This document shows positions 55,120 to 64,000 of a stretch of DNA of 64,000 nucleotides, piece by piece; positions within the stretch are counted from its first letter, which is position 1; each line of letters starts with the position of its first letter. The position numbers and the translations under genes are program-made. This DNA comes from Pseudomonadota bacterium (lineage in GTDB: Bacteria > Pseudomonadota > Alphaproteobacteria > Micavibrionales > UBA2020). The DNA lies in assembly GCA_043806835.1 (NCBI GenBank), contig JAZDGQ010000026.1, forward strand, positions 3,804-67,803. Direction: 5' to 3'. The notes beneath the pieces are model-generated. The model had not been told where the DNA came from. It did no database searches and saw nothing but the letters and a program-made list of their open reading frames with translations.

Positions 55120-57331
55120 TCCTGCGGAAGGGCGGCGTTTTATTGTCCGGGGCGCCGTGCAGGGTGTTGGATTCCGCCCTTTCGTCTATCGTCTGGCGCG
55201 TGAGGAAAAGCTTGCGGGCTGGGTCAAGAACACGCCGCAGGGCGTCGTTATTGAGGTAGAGGGCGATGCCGGGCATCTTTCCCTTTTCAGCGAACGTCTC
55301 GGACGCGAAAAACCACCCAATGCCGTGATCGATCATATACAGGAAACATCTATTCCTTCTGTCGGAGAGACGGAATTCAGGATCATCCACAGCTCTGAAA
55401 ACGAACCCGTCACCGCCTCCATTCTGCCGGATTTCGCGATGTGTTCCGAATGCGAAGCGGAAATGAACGATCCTTCCAACCGGCGCTTCCGTTATCCGTT
55501 CATCAACTGTACGCACTGCGGGCCGCGATATACCATCATCCGCAGACTTCCCTACGACCGCCCTCATACGTCGATGGCGGGTTTCAGAATGTGCGATGCC
55601 TGCAAGACCGAATACGACAATCCCCTCGACCGCCGCTTTCATGCCCAGCCCGTCGCCTGTCCGGAGTGCGGGCCGCAGATCGAGCTGAAAGACGCCCAAG
55701 GCGTTCTTCTGGCGGAAAGAGACGAGGCTCTGCAAAAAACCGCCGATGCCGTCCGCGCCGGAAAGATTGTCGCGATGAAAGGTCTGGGAGGGTTTCATCT
55801 GATTGCTGACGCCCGCAGCAACGCAGTCCTTCAGCGCATGCGGGAGCGCAAACACCGCCGGACAAAACCTTTCGCGCTGATGTACCCTTCGCTTGAAGCC
55901 TTGCGGCGGGATTGTTTCGTATCGGAGGACGAGCGGCGGTTGCTGCAGTCTCCGGCTTCGCCAATCGTGTTGCTGAAAAAGAAGGAAACCAGTCTTCTTC
56001 CGGAGCTCGTCGCTCCCGGAAATCCATATCTGGGCGCGATGCTGCCGTATACGCCGCTGCACGCGCTGCTGTTGCAAAATCTGGGATTTCCGGTCGTTGC
56101 CACCAGCGGTAATCGCGCCAGCGAACCCATTTGCATTGATGAGAAAGAGGCGCTTTCGCTGCTTTCAGGCCTTGCCGACGTTTTTCTTGTCCACAACCGC
56201 CCGATTGACCGCCGCGCCGACGATTCCATCGTGCGCGTCATGGCGGGGCGGGAAACGATCCTGCGCCGCGCGAGGGGCTATGCCCCTCTGCCCCTCGCCA
56301 TAAAAACCAAGGCGGAAAAGCCGCTGCTGGCGGCGGGAGGGCATCTTAAAAACACCACCGCGCTGGTTGTCGGCGACCGGCTGATGTTAAGCCCCCATAC
56401 CGGCGATCTTGACACCGTGGAAGCCCTTTCCGCGCACGCCGCCGCGCTCGATCATCTATGCGGGCTTTATCAGGTCAGGCCGGATGCCATCGCCTGTGAC
56501 GCTCATCCGGACTATGCTTCGACCCGCATGGCGAAGGAGCGCGGGGGCAATGTTATCCCCGTGCAGCATCACTATGCTCATGCGCTGTCCTGCATGGCTG
56601 ACAACGGGCTGGAGGGCGCGTGCCTTGCCGTCGTCTGGGACGGCACGGGTTACGGGGACGACGGCACGATCTGGGGAGGGGAGTTCCTGAAAATCACGGA
56701 TCAGGGGTATCGGCGCGCTTTTCATTTCCTCCCTTTTGCACTGCCTGGCGGGGAGCAGGCCGTCCGGGAACCGCGCCGTGCGGCGCTTGGCGTCCTTCAT
56801 GCCCTTGGCAAAGCGGAGGAGTGCGATCTGCCGTTTACTCCGGCGGAAAAGACGGTGCTCCTTCAGGCCATGCGGAAAAACCTGAATTGCCCCATGACAT
56901 CAAGCGCCGGAAGACTTTTCGACGCGGTCGCCGCCCTGCTGGGGCTGTGTCCGACATCCTCCTTTGAAGGCGAAGCCGCCATGGCGCTCGAATTCGCCGC
57001 TGAAAATGAAATCTGCGACAAATCCTGTGGTTTCGGGATTGAGGACGGCGTCATCGACTGGCGGCCCATGGTGCGGGAACTGCTTGCGGACAGGGAGCAC
57101 GCTGCGATCCGCTTTCACAACACGCTCGTCGGGATAATTCTGGCCGTTGCCCGGCAAGCCGGCGAAGGCAGAGTCCTGTTGACAGGGGGCTGCTTTCAGA
57201 ACAAACTCCTGCTGGAAAAAGCTGTAGATAGTCTGGAGAAGGCGGGATTTCAGCCCTTCCGGCATCACCGGCTTCCCCCCAACGACGGGGGCCTCGCGGC
57301 GGGTCAGGTCATGGCCGCATTACGGAGGTAG
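55061..57331 (+). CDS. hypF: carbamoyltransferase HypF
   Basis: Acylphosphatase-like VRGAVQGVGFRPFVYRLA. Two zinc fingers (CSECEAE...CTHCGPRY; CDACKTEY...CPECGPQ). YrdC/Kae1-like C-half. Start is uncertain (ATG 55061 overlaps hypA). Confidence 0.9.
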   Translation: MSAAPPRRTSCWIVSKSRHSPAEGRRFIVRGAVQGVGFRPFVYRLAREEKLAGWVKNTPQGVVIEVEGDAGHLSLFSERLGREKPPNAVIDHIQETSIPSVGETEFRIIHSSENEPVTASILPDFAMCSECEAEMNDPSNRRFRYPFINCTHCGPRYTIIRRLPYDRPHTSMAGFRMCDACKTEYDNPLDRRFHAQPVACPECGPQIELKDAQGVLLAERDEALQKTADAVRAGKIVAMKGLGGFHLIADARSNAVLQRMRERKHRRTKPFALMYPSLEALRRDCFVSEDERRLLQSPASPIVLLKKKETSLLPELVAPGNPYLGAMLPYTPLHALLLQNLGFPVVATSGNRASEPICIDEKEALSLLSGLADVFLVHNRPIDRRADDSIVRVMAGRETILRRARGYAPLPLAIKTKAEKPLLAAGGHLKNTTALVVGDRLMLSPHTGDLDTVEALSAHAAALDHLCGLYQVRPDAIACDAHPDYASTRMAKERGGNVIPVQHHYAHALSCMADNGLEGACLAVVWDGTGYGDDGTIWGGEFLKITDQGYRRAFHFLPFALPGGEQAVREPRRAALGVLHALGKAEECDLPFTPAEKTVLLQAMRKNLNCPMTSSAGRLFDAVAALLGLCPTSSFEGEAAMALEFAAENEICDKSCGFGIEDGVIDWRPMVRELLADREHAAIRFHNTLVGIILAVARQAGEGRVLLTGGCFQNKLLLEKAVDSLEKAGFQPFRHHRLPPNDGGLAAGQVMAALRR

Positions 57332-57336
57332 AAAGC

Positions 57337-57570
57337 ATGTGTCTGGCAATACCGGGACGGATCATCAGCGTTGACGGCGCGGGCTTGTGCCGCACCGGGC
57401 GCATCGAGTTCGGCACCATCGTCAAGGAAGCGAGCCTCGCTTTCATTCCCGACGCCGCCATCGGAGAATATGTGCTGGTGCATGCTGGCGTGGCGCTGGG
57501 CACGGTCATGGAGGAGGAGGCGCAGCGCATATTCGGATATCTGGAGGAACTTGATGAAATACATGGATGA
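57337..57570 (+). CDS. hypC: hydrogenase assembly chaperone HypC
   Basis: [10 protein letters not shown]-terminus; 77 aa. Confidence 0.9.
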   Translation: MCLAIPGRIISVDGAGLCRTGRIEFGTIVKEASLAFIPDAAIGEYVLVHAGVALGTVMEEEAQRIFGYLEELDEIHG

Positions 57571-58645
57571 ATACCGCGACGTGGCCGCCGCCCGAAAATA
57601 TGCGGAGGCCATCGGCAAGATAACCATACATCCCTGGACCATCATGGAGGTCTGCGGCGGTCAGACACATGCCATCGTTCGTTTCGGGATTCAGGATCTG
57701 CTGCCGGAAAAAATCAATCTGGTGCACGGCCCCGGATGCCCTGTCTGCGTCACGCCTGTGGAGATGGTGAACAAGGCCATTGCTATAGCAGGCCGCAAGG
57801 ATGTTATTTTCTGCTCCTTCGGCGACATGCTGCGCGTTCCGGGTACGGAAAAAGACCTGCGCGCCGTCCGCGCCGAAGGCGGCGACGTGCGCATCGTCTA
57901 TTCGCCCATCGACGCCGTGGAGGTCGCCAGAAAAAATCCGGATAAAGAAGTCGTTTTCTTCGCCGTCGGTTTCGAGACGACCGCCCCCGCCAACGCCATG
58001 GCCGTGCATCTTGCCGCGCAGGAAGGCCTCGGCAATTTCTCCATGCTGGTGTCGCATGCGCTGGTGCCGCCCGCCATTGAAGCCATCCTTTCGTCGAAAG
58101 AAAACAGGGTGCAGGGCTTTCTTGCCGCCGGACACGTTTGCACCGTCATGGGTCATCGGGAATACGAACAGATCGTGCAGAAATTCAAAGTGCCGATCGT
58201 GGTTACGGGGTTCGAGCCGCTCGACATACTGCAGGGGATCCATATGTGCGTCAGGCAGCTTGAGGAAGGCAGAGCCGAAGTCGAGAACCAGTACAGCCGC
58301 GCCGTCCGGAAAGGCGGCAACGTTCCGGCGCAGGAGCTGATCGGGAAAGTGTTTTGCGTCATTCCGCGCAAGTGGCGCGGCATCGGGGAGATTCCGGGGA
58401 GCGGCCTGGGGCTGTCGCCGGAATATCAGTCCTTTGACGCGGAGAGACGTTTCGATGTCGCCGCCGAGAGCAGGGAAGAATCGACGGAATGTCTCAGCGG
58501 CCTTGTGCTGATGGGTGTGAAAAAACCCGCCGACTGCCCCGCCTTCGGAAAAGCCTGCACGCCGGAACATCCGCTTGGCGCCACGATGGTGTCGGGCGAA
58601 GGAGCCTGCGCCGCCTATTACCGCTACAGGAGGGATGCAGCATGA
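57554..58645 (+). CDS. hypD: hydrogenase maturation factor HypD
   Basis: [20 protein letters not shown] and FEPLDIL motifs. The ORF-track start at 57371 is upstream read-through. Confidence 0.9.
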   Translation: MKYMDEYRDVAAARKYAEAIGKITIHPWTIMEVCGGQTHAIVRFGIQDLLPEKINLVHGPGCPVCVTPVEMVNKAIAIAGRKDVIFCSFGDMLRVPGTEKDLRAVRAEGGDVRIVYSPIDAVEVARKNPDKEVVFFAVGFETTAPANAMAVHLAAQEGLGNFSMLVSHALVPPAIEAILSSKENRVQGFLAAGHVCTVMGHREYEQIVQKFKVPIVVTGFEPLDILQGIHMCVRQLEEGRAEVENQYSRAVRKGGNVPAQELIGKVFCVIPRKWRGIGEIPGSGLGLSPEYQSFDAERRFDVAAESREESTECLSGLVLMGVKKPADCPAFGKACTPEHPLGATMVSGEGACAAYYRYRRDAA

Positions 58646-59697
58646 AGGCTGACATGAATTTTTCTCCGGCCTGTCCCCTGCCGTTTTCCGATTACCCGAA
58701 AGTGCTGATGGCTCACGGCAGCGGCGGCCTTCTGATGCAGCAGCTTATCGAAAAGGTTTTCCATACGGCTTTCGGAAACCCTCATCTTCTGGCGGCGCAT
58801 GATGCCGCCGTGCTGGATATTCCGCAGAAACGCATGGCCATCTCAACGGATTCGTATGTCGTCCGGCCTCTGTTCTGTCCGGGCGGGGATATCGGCTGCC
58901 TCGCTGTCAACGGCACGGTCAATGATCTCGCCATGTCCGGCGCCCGCCCTCTCTACCTGAGCGCCGCCTTCATTCTGGAGGAAGGGCTTTCCATGGAAAC
59001 TCTGTGGCGCGTCGTACAATCCATGCGCGATGCCGCCGGCCGGACGGGCGTTTCCATCGTCACCGGCGACACCAAGGTCGTGGAAAAGGGTCATGGGGAC
59101 GGCTTGTTTATCAATACGACCGGTATCGGCGTTCCCGAACATGACGGGATTATCGCGCCCGCTCAGGTGCGGGAGGGAGATGCCGTTTTGCTCAGCGGCG
59201 ATATCGGGCGTCACGGCATGGCCGTGATGACGCAGCGTGAAAGCCTGTCTTTTGAAAGCGGCATTGAAAGCGACAGCATGCCTTTGTGGGAAACCGTGAA
59301 GGCCCTGCTGGAAGAGGGCATCCATGTCCATTGCCTGCGTGACGCCACACGGGGGGGGCTCGCCGCCGTCCTGAACGAAATCGCCGCCGCCGCGAAACTG
59401 CAAATCGATATTGATGAAAAAGCCATCCCCGTCGATCCCGCCGTCCGGGGCGCCTGCGAAATTCTGGGTATCGATCCCCTGCATGTCGCCAACGAGGGGC
59501 GCTTTGCCGCGTTCGTCGCGGCGGAGGACAGCGCCCGCGCCGTTGAAATCATGAACCGTCACGCCCCGCAGAAAAACGCCGCCTGCATAGGCTCTGTTGT
59601 CTCGGGCAGGGCGGGTGTTGTGACTCTGAAAACCCCTATCGGCGGACGTCGCATTCTCGATATGCCCTCGGGAGAACTGCTGCCGCGAATTTGTTAA
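58642..59697 (+). CDS. hypE: hydrogenase maturation factor HypE
   Basis: ATGA coupling to hypD. AIR-synthase-like fold motifs. C-terminal PRIC-stop. Confidence 0.9.
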   Translation: MKADMNFSPACPLPFSDYPKVLMAHGSGGLLMQQLIEKVFHTAFGNPHLLAAHDAAVLDIPQKRMAISTDSYVVRPLFCPGGDIGCLAVNGTVNDLAMSGARPLYLSAAFILEEGLSMETLWRVVQSMRDAAGRTGVSIVTGDTKVVEKGHGDGLFINTTGIGVPEHDGIIAPAQVREGDAVLLSGDIGRHGMAVMTQRESLSFESGIESDSMPLWETVKALLEEGIHVHCLRDATRGGLAAVLNEIAAAAKLQIDIDEKAIPVDPAVRGACEILGIDPLHVANEGRFAAFVAAEDSARAVEIMNRHAPQKNAACIGSVVSGRAGVVTLKTPIGGRRILDMPSGELLPRIC

Positions 59698-59709
59698 GGA
59701 ACATAAAAT

Positions 59710-60003
59710 ATGGAAAATAAAAGACAAAAACAAAAAGCGCCTCAAAAAATGGAGGCCGCCAATGTTCAGGATATTTCAGGGAACCGGCTGAAATCCTTTA
59801 TTGAGCGCATCGAGCGGCTGGAAGAGGAAAAAGGGGCTATCGCCGAAGATATCCGGGACATCTACGCCGAAGCCAAAGGAACTGGATTCGACCCTAAAGT
59901 GATGCGCAGGGTTGTTTCCCTGCGTAAAACGAACCTGGAAAAACGCCGGGAGGAACAGGAATTGCTGGAGCTTTACATGTCTGCCATCGGCATGGCCGGG
60001 TAG
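59710..60003 (+). CDS. gapR: GapR/DUF2312 nucleoid-associated protein
   Basis: LKSFIERIERLEEEKGAIAEDIRDIYAEAKGTGFDPKVMRRVV. Confidence 0.85.
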   Translation: MENKRQKQKAPQKMEAANVQDISGNRLKSFIERIERLEEEKGAIAEDIRDIYAEAKGTGFDPKVMRRVVSLRKTNLEKRREEQELLELYMSAIGMAG

Positions 60004-60077
60004 GATTTTTTATTTCCTAAAAACATATAATTCCTGTACAATGCCAAGGTCGAACAGGCAACCGGAGTGAACGTTCC

Positions 60078-61382
60078 TTGCAAAAAAAGATCCGACAGAA
60101 GCTTCTGGCGACGATGTTCATGGCAGGGGCATTTTATCTGGCCATGCTCCTTGCTCCGTGGCAGGCGCAAGGGGGAAACAATCAGCCAAGCTTTGACGAC
60201 GCGCTGGGTCTTTACAATTCCGGAGACAGCGAGAAGGCGCTGAAGAGTTTCTGGCGTCTGGCGGCGACCGGGGATGCCCGGGCGCAGTTTTATCTCGCCA
60301 CCATGCTGGACACGGGAACGGGCACTCCCAGGGACGTTTTCTCCGCCGTCAGCTGGTATCTCAAATCGGCGCACCAGGACTTTCTGCCGGCGGTCGCCTA
60401 TGCGGGCTATCTTTACAGTACCGGGCATGGCGTGACGAAAAGCGACAAGGAAGCGTTCAAGTGGTATACCAAAGCGGCGCAGATGGGGGATGCCGACGCC
60501 CAGAATAATCTGGCCACCATGCTCCATGAGGGTCGCGGGTATAAAAAAGACGACCTTCTGTCCATCCAGTGGTACATGCAGTCGGCCACGCAGGGAAATG
60601 TGCGCGCCCAGTTCAATCTGGCCAGGATGTATCATCGCGGCTGGGGGGTGAAGGCAAACCTGGCCGAGGCGCTGTCCTGGTACACTCTTGCGGCCGATCA
60701 GGGCGACAAATATGCTCAGAACGCCCTTGGCGCCCTGTATCGTTACGGGTCGGGCGTGGAGGAAGACCCGGTGGCGGCCCTCGCTTGGTATCTCCTGTCG
60801 GCGGAGCAGGGCTATGCTCCCGCGCAGAGATCCCTTGCGAGCATGTATGAGACCGGGGAGGGCGACAGCACCAAAAATCCTTCGGACGCGGCCATCTGGT
60901 ATGCCCGCGCCGCAAAGCAGGGCAATGTATGGGCGCAGAGGAGGCTTGCCTGGTTTTACGAGAAGGGAGTGGGACTGCCGCAGGATTTCAAGGAAGCGGT
61001 GCGCTGGTACAAGAGAGCCGTCGATGAAAGCGGCGATGAGGCGTCCATGGTTGCGCTGGGGCGACTCTATGAAGACGGCGCAGGCACGCCGAAAGACGTT
61101 GAGGCCGCGCGGGCACTGTATGATAAATGCGCCGGAACCGGAGCCCCCTATTGCCAGATCGAACTGGCGCGCATTTACAGGGAAGGCAAGGGCGTGAAGA
61201 AGGATCTGGTGCTGTCCTACCAGTGGCTGGCGCTGGCGGCGGCGGTTTTACCAGACGGAGAAGAAAAAGCGGGCACCGTGGTCGCCCGGTTCAAGCTGAC
61301 CAATGAAATGACGGAAGAGCAGCTGAACGATGCCCGCAGCCGGGTGAATAACTGGAAACCTGCCGACAGTGTTTTCAAATAA
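60078..61382 (+). CDS. secreted Sel1-repeat protein (about 10 units)
   Basis: Signal peptide ...LLAPWQAQG. Repeated AxxWYxKAAxQGxxxAQxxLAxMY units. Start is TTG 60078 or ATG 60114. Confidence 0.85.
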   Translation: MQKKIRQKLLATMFMAGAFYLAMLLAPWQAQGGNNQPSFDDALGLYNSGDSEKALKSFWRLAATGDARAQFYLATMLDTGTGTPRDVFSAVSWYLKSAHQDFLPAVAYAGYLYSTGHGVTKSDKEAFKWYTKAAQMGDADAQNNLATMLHEGRGYKKDDLLSIQWYMQSATQGNVRAQFNLARMYHRGWGVKANLAEALSWYTLAADQGDKYAQNALGALYRYGSGVEEDPVAALAWYLLSAEQGYAPAQRSLASMYETGEGDSTKNPSDAAIWYARAAKQGNVWAQRRLAWFYEKGVGLPQDFKEAVRWYKRAVDESGDEASMVALGRLYEDGAGTPKDVEAARALYDKCAGTGAPYCQIELARIYREGKGVKKDLVLSYQWLALAAAVLPDGEEKAGTVVARFKLTNEMTEEQLNDARSRVNNWKPADSVFK

Positions 61383-62625
61383 TCCCCCCCTGATTTCATT
61401 GCTCCTCCTGGCGGGCATTTCCGTAGCTTCCGCAAGCCCGCCCGATACGGAGCGGGATTACACAGGCCCGCGCAAAAACCTCGCGGGGGTCAAAGTCGCC
61501 TCCTCCTATGAAAGGATAACTGACGGGATTTTATACAAAAGAAGCGAAGCCGAAACGATCGCCTTATTAAAAGAAATCAAAACAGATTTGGTGTTTAGAG
61601 GATTCTGGAGATGGTATCCCGTACCTGAATCTCCCGATGATATTCCCCCTGAACTTGCCGACCAGCTTAAAAACATGGGTATAACCGATGTATCCGGGGA
61701 AGTAAGGAAAGCTGGCTATAGCCACGAGCAGCTTAAAGAAGCCATAGCTTCCCTGAAAAAGGAAATGCCAAATATCCTGTTTGTCGGATCTATTCCCGCC
61801 CAATATATAAACGCCATGGAACTTAATGAAAAAACCGGCGAACTTCTGGGGAGGGAAAAAACCCGGCAGATGGTTTTAAAACCGGAAAAATGGGGAATTG
61901 GTTGGGGTGGCCTGCTGCGATTGGTTTTTGGCGCGAAGCTCAAGCAATTTCCGGACATTACGAATGTGGAATTTCAAAAACTCATGCTGAGCTGGGCTGA
62001 AAAACAAATTGACGACGGAGCGGATGCAATCTGGATTGATTTGCTTTATACTCAGGCCGAAGCATTCAAAAATATAGCCAGCGTCAATAGTCCAGCGACA
62101 AAGGAATCATACGCTGCCGCATCGAAAATCGTCGATAAAATCCATGAATACGGAACCCTGAAAGGAAAACACATTTATGTGGGAACATGGGCTTTTCCGG
62201 CAATTAATCTCCCGTATTCTGCGCCAAGCCTGGATTTCGTCACTTTAACGCCCACATCTTCGGAAGTCTCCGGGAGAAAACTGAATGAAAAGAGCTGGGA
62301 CAGGAATATAAGCAAGATCAAAAAGAAGTTTGGCGACATTCCCGTACTCCTGTTCATTGATTGGTCCGATAATAACACGCCTTTATCAAAGTTCAGCCAG
62401 AAGCTGAGCAAAAAGGAACAACGTGCTTTCCTGGGTTATCTGGACAATTTCTCCAAAAACAAAGGAATGGTTTTTGTCTACCCAGTGCACGGGGGGAATA
62501 TGGGGAGCAGCTCCAAAATACGTTCCTTCGGAATGAAGGACGATTACGGGCGGGTTTACGATTCTCTTGCGCCGGAATTTGACACATATGAAACGATTAA
62601 AGCTCTCGCAAACAATAAAGAATGA
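61369..62625 (+). CDS. secreted protein of unknown family, paralog 1 (low-GC body; possible TIM-barrel hydrolase-like)
   Basis: Homologous over its full length to the next gene. Signal peptide LISLLLLAGISVASA. FPDITNVEFQKLMLSWAEKQIDDGADAIWIDLLY. Only a GTG start inside the upstream gene is available. Confidence 0.6.
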   Translation: MFSNNPPLISLLLLAGISVASASPPDTERDYTGPRKNLAGVKVASSYERITDGILYKRSEAETIALLKEIKTDLVFRGFWRWYPVPESPDDIPPELADQLKNMGITDVSGEVRKAGYSHEQLKEAIASLKKEMPNILFVGSIPAQYINAMELNEKTGELLGREKTRQMVLKPEKWGIGWGGLLRLVFGAKLKQFPDITNVEFQKLMLSWAEKQIDDGADAIWIDLLYTQAEAFKNIASVNSPATKESYAAASKIVDKIHEYGTLKGKHIYVGTWAFPAINLPYSAPSLDFVTLTPTSSEVSGRKLNEKSWDRNISKIKKKFGDIPVLLFIDWSDNNTPLSKFSQKLSKKEQRAFLGYLDNFSKNKGMVFVYPVHGGNMGSSSKIRSFGMKDDYGRVYDSLAPEFDTYETIKALANNKE

Positions 62626-63992
62626 AAGCCATGAACAAAAAAATCCTGATTTCATTGCTCCTTCTGACCGGCATCTCCGCAGCCTTCGCCGCCAGTCCGT
62701 CCGACACATCACAGAAGTACACCGGCCCGCACGGCAGTCTCGCGGAGGTCAGGGTTGCTTCCCTCTACGAAAAAGTCACGGACAGGCCGGCCAACGGCGG
62801 CAGGAGCCTGGAGGAGACCGTCAGGGTTCTTAAGGAAACGTCCACGGATTTGATCTTCCGGGGATTCTGGGTCTGGAACGGGCCGATTCCGGATTCGCCG
62901 GATAATCTTCCTCCGGGATTCGCCGATATTGCCGCAAAGCGACTGAATATAAAACCGGAGGAGATTCCCGCCCTTGTCCGGGAACGGGGGATCTCCTATG
63001 AAGAACTGAGAAACTCCATCTCCGCGATAAAAAAAGAGATGCCCGGGGTCATCTTCGTCGGCGCGATCCCCGCGCAGACCCTCGGCAGGATCGAGATCAA
63101 TCCCATGACCGGAAAGATGCTCGCTCCCGCAGACACCTGGAAGATGGCCTTCGACCCGCAGAAATGGAACATCAGCTATGTCTATAAAGGAAAGCTTCTG
63201 ACGAAGGAGGAAATACAGAAATCGACGGCGGAAATCAATCAGGAAACTTTCGACAGGGGCTATGACCCCGGCGCAGCGCGCGGATATTACCCGGATATAA
63301 CGAATCCGGATTTTCAGGAACTGTTCCTGAGCTGGGCCGAAAAACAAATCGATTCCGGAGCCGACGCCATCTGGATCGACATGCTGTATTCCCAGACATT
63401 CCGCCTCTTCAAAATGACCGGAGATATCCATCACCCGGCGGTGAAGGAATCCTATGATGCGGCCTCAAAGCTCATAGACGGGATTCACAAATACGGCGAA
63501 TCAAAAGGCAAATACATTTATGTCGGAACATGGTCCCAGCCCGCCGGCGAGGTTCCCTTTGAGCCCCCGAAGCTCGATTTCGTGACCACGACGCCGACTC
63601 CCGTGGAGATGTATAGCGGGAAGCTCGACGAGGCGAAGTGGGACAGGATCAATGCAGGAATCAAGGAAAAATTCGGCAACATCCCGCACTTCGCCTTTAT
63701 CGACTGGGGCGGCGACAGCGAGAGGCCAATCGATGTTTTCAGCCAGAAGATGACAAAGGAACAGCAAAAAGCCTGGCTGAAGGAAGCCGACAAATTTTTC
63801 CGAAGCAAGGGCATCATCTTTATTTATCCCGTTCACGGCGGGGATTTCACGGGTCTGGGCGGCGCGAAGGTCAAGGCTTTCGGAAAATTTAACAAATACG
63901 ACGCGCTGGCTCCGGAGTTCGACACTTTCGACACCATAAAGGAACTCGCGCAAAATAGGGTGAAAAGGGAAACCCATGAAGCAGTACCTTGA
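62622..63992 (+). CDS. secreted protein of unknown family, paralog 2
   Basis: ATGA coupling. Signal peptide MKAMNKKILISLLLLTGISAAFA. YPDITNPDFQELFLSWAEKQIDSGADAIWIDMLY. Confidence 0.7.
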   Translation: MKAMNKKILISLLLLTGISAAFAASPSDTSQKYTGPHGSLAEVRVASLYEKVTDRPANGGRSLEETVRVLKETSTDLIFRGFWVWNGPIPDSPDNLPPGFADIAAKRLNIKPEEIPALVRERGISYEELRNSISAIKKEMPGVIFVGAIPAQTLGRIEINPMTGKMLAPADTWKMAFDPQKWNISYVYKGKLLTKEEIQKSTAEINQETFDRGYDPGAARGYYPDITNPDFQELFLSWAEKQIDSGADAIWIDMLYSQTFRLFKMTGDIHHPAVKESYDAASKLIDGIHKYGESKGKYIYVGTWSQPAGEVPFEPPKLDFVTTTPTPVEMYSGKLDEAKWDRINAGIKEKFGNIPHFAFIDWGGDSERPIDVFSQKMTKEQQKAWLKEADKFFRSKGIIFIYPVHGGDFTGLGGAKVKAFGKFNKYDALAPEFDTFDTIKELAQNRVKRETHEAVP

Positions 63993-64000
63993 TCTGATGC
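63977..64000 (+). CDS. thyA: thymidylate synthase, 5' end only (runs off the window)
   Basis: The first 8 codons MKQYLDLM match the canonical ThyA N-terminus. Too short for certainty. Confidence 0.45.

Overview
Densely coded, high-GC (about 60% by eye) chromosomal window. It most likely comes from an uncultured, fermentative or anaerobic alphaproteobacterium. This is an inference from GapR/DUF2312, an alphaproteobacterial-style FtsZ with a long linker and DIPAFLRRQ tail, ackA-pta, and a group 3b [NiFe] hydrogenase. Core genes: grxD, rlmJ, cspA, a hybrid histidine kinase, ftsQAZ, ackA-pta, rpsF-rpsR-rplI-dnaB-alr, mlaEF, a frame-broken mrcA, tRNA-Thr(UGU), corA and uppP. There is a compact purine operon (purF, a purE-purC fusion, purD, purN, a purS-like-purL fusion, purQ, purH, purM), an NrtR-like regulator, a four-subunit group 3b hydrogenase with protease and hypA/F/C/D/E (no hypB), gapR, and the first codons of thyA. 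Accessory content lies mainly in a ~12.8 kb block (12.6-25.4 kb) between pta and rpsF that encodes only envelope or secreted proteins. That block holds a 1214-aa protein with a tandemly duplicated PPC-like module plus a Sel1 array, a doubled DUF4034-like protein, and a Sel1 lipoprotein. It also holds the best candidate for an undescribed system: three DUF4402/SCPU-type pilin-like subunits and a PapD-like chaperone, with a divergent, oversized usher-like protein. Further oddities: a REP/MITE-like palindromic element family; an rlmJ relic that now forms the 3' end of grxD; an in-frame-deleted M20 hydrolase relic beside the tRNA; sharp low-GC patches inside uppP and inside one of two tandem secreted paralogs (61.4-64.0 kb); and a HypA lacking its zinc domain. 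I saw no CRISPR array, rRNA, transposase, integrase or recognisable defence genes. All family assignments come from motif recognition by eye, not database searches.
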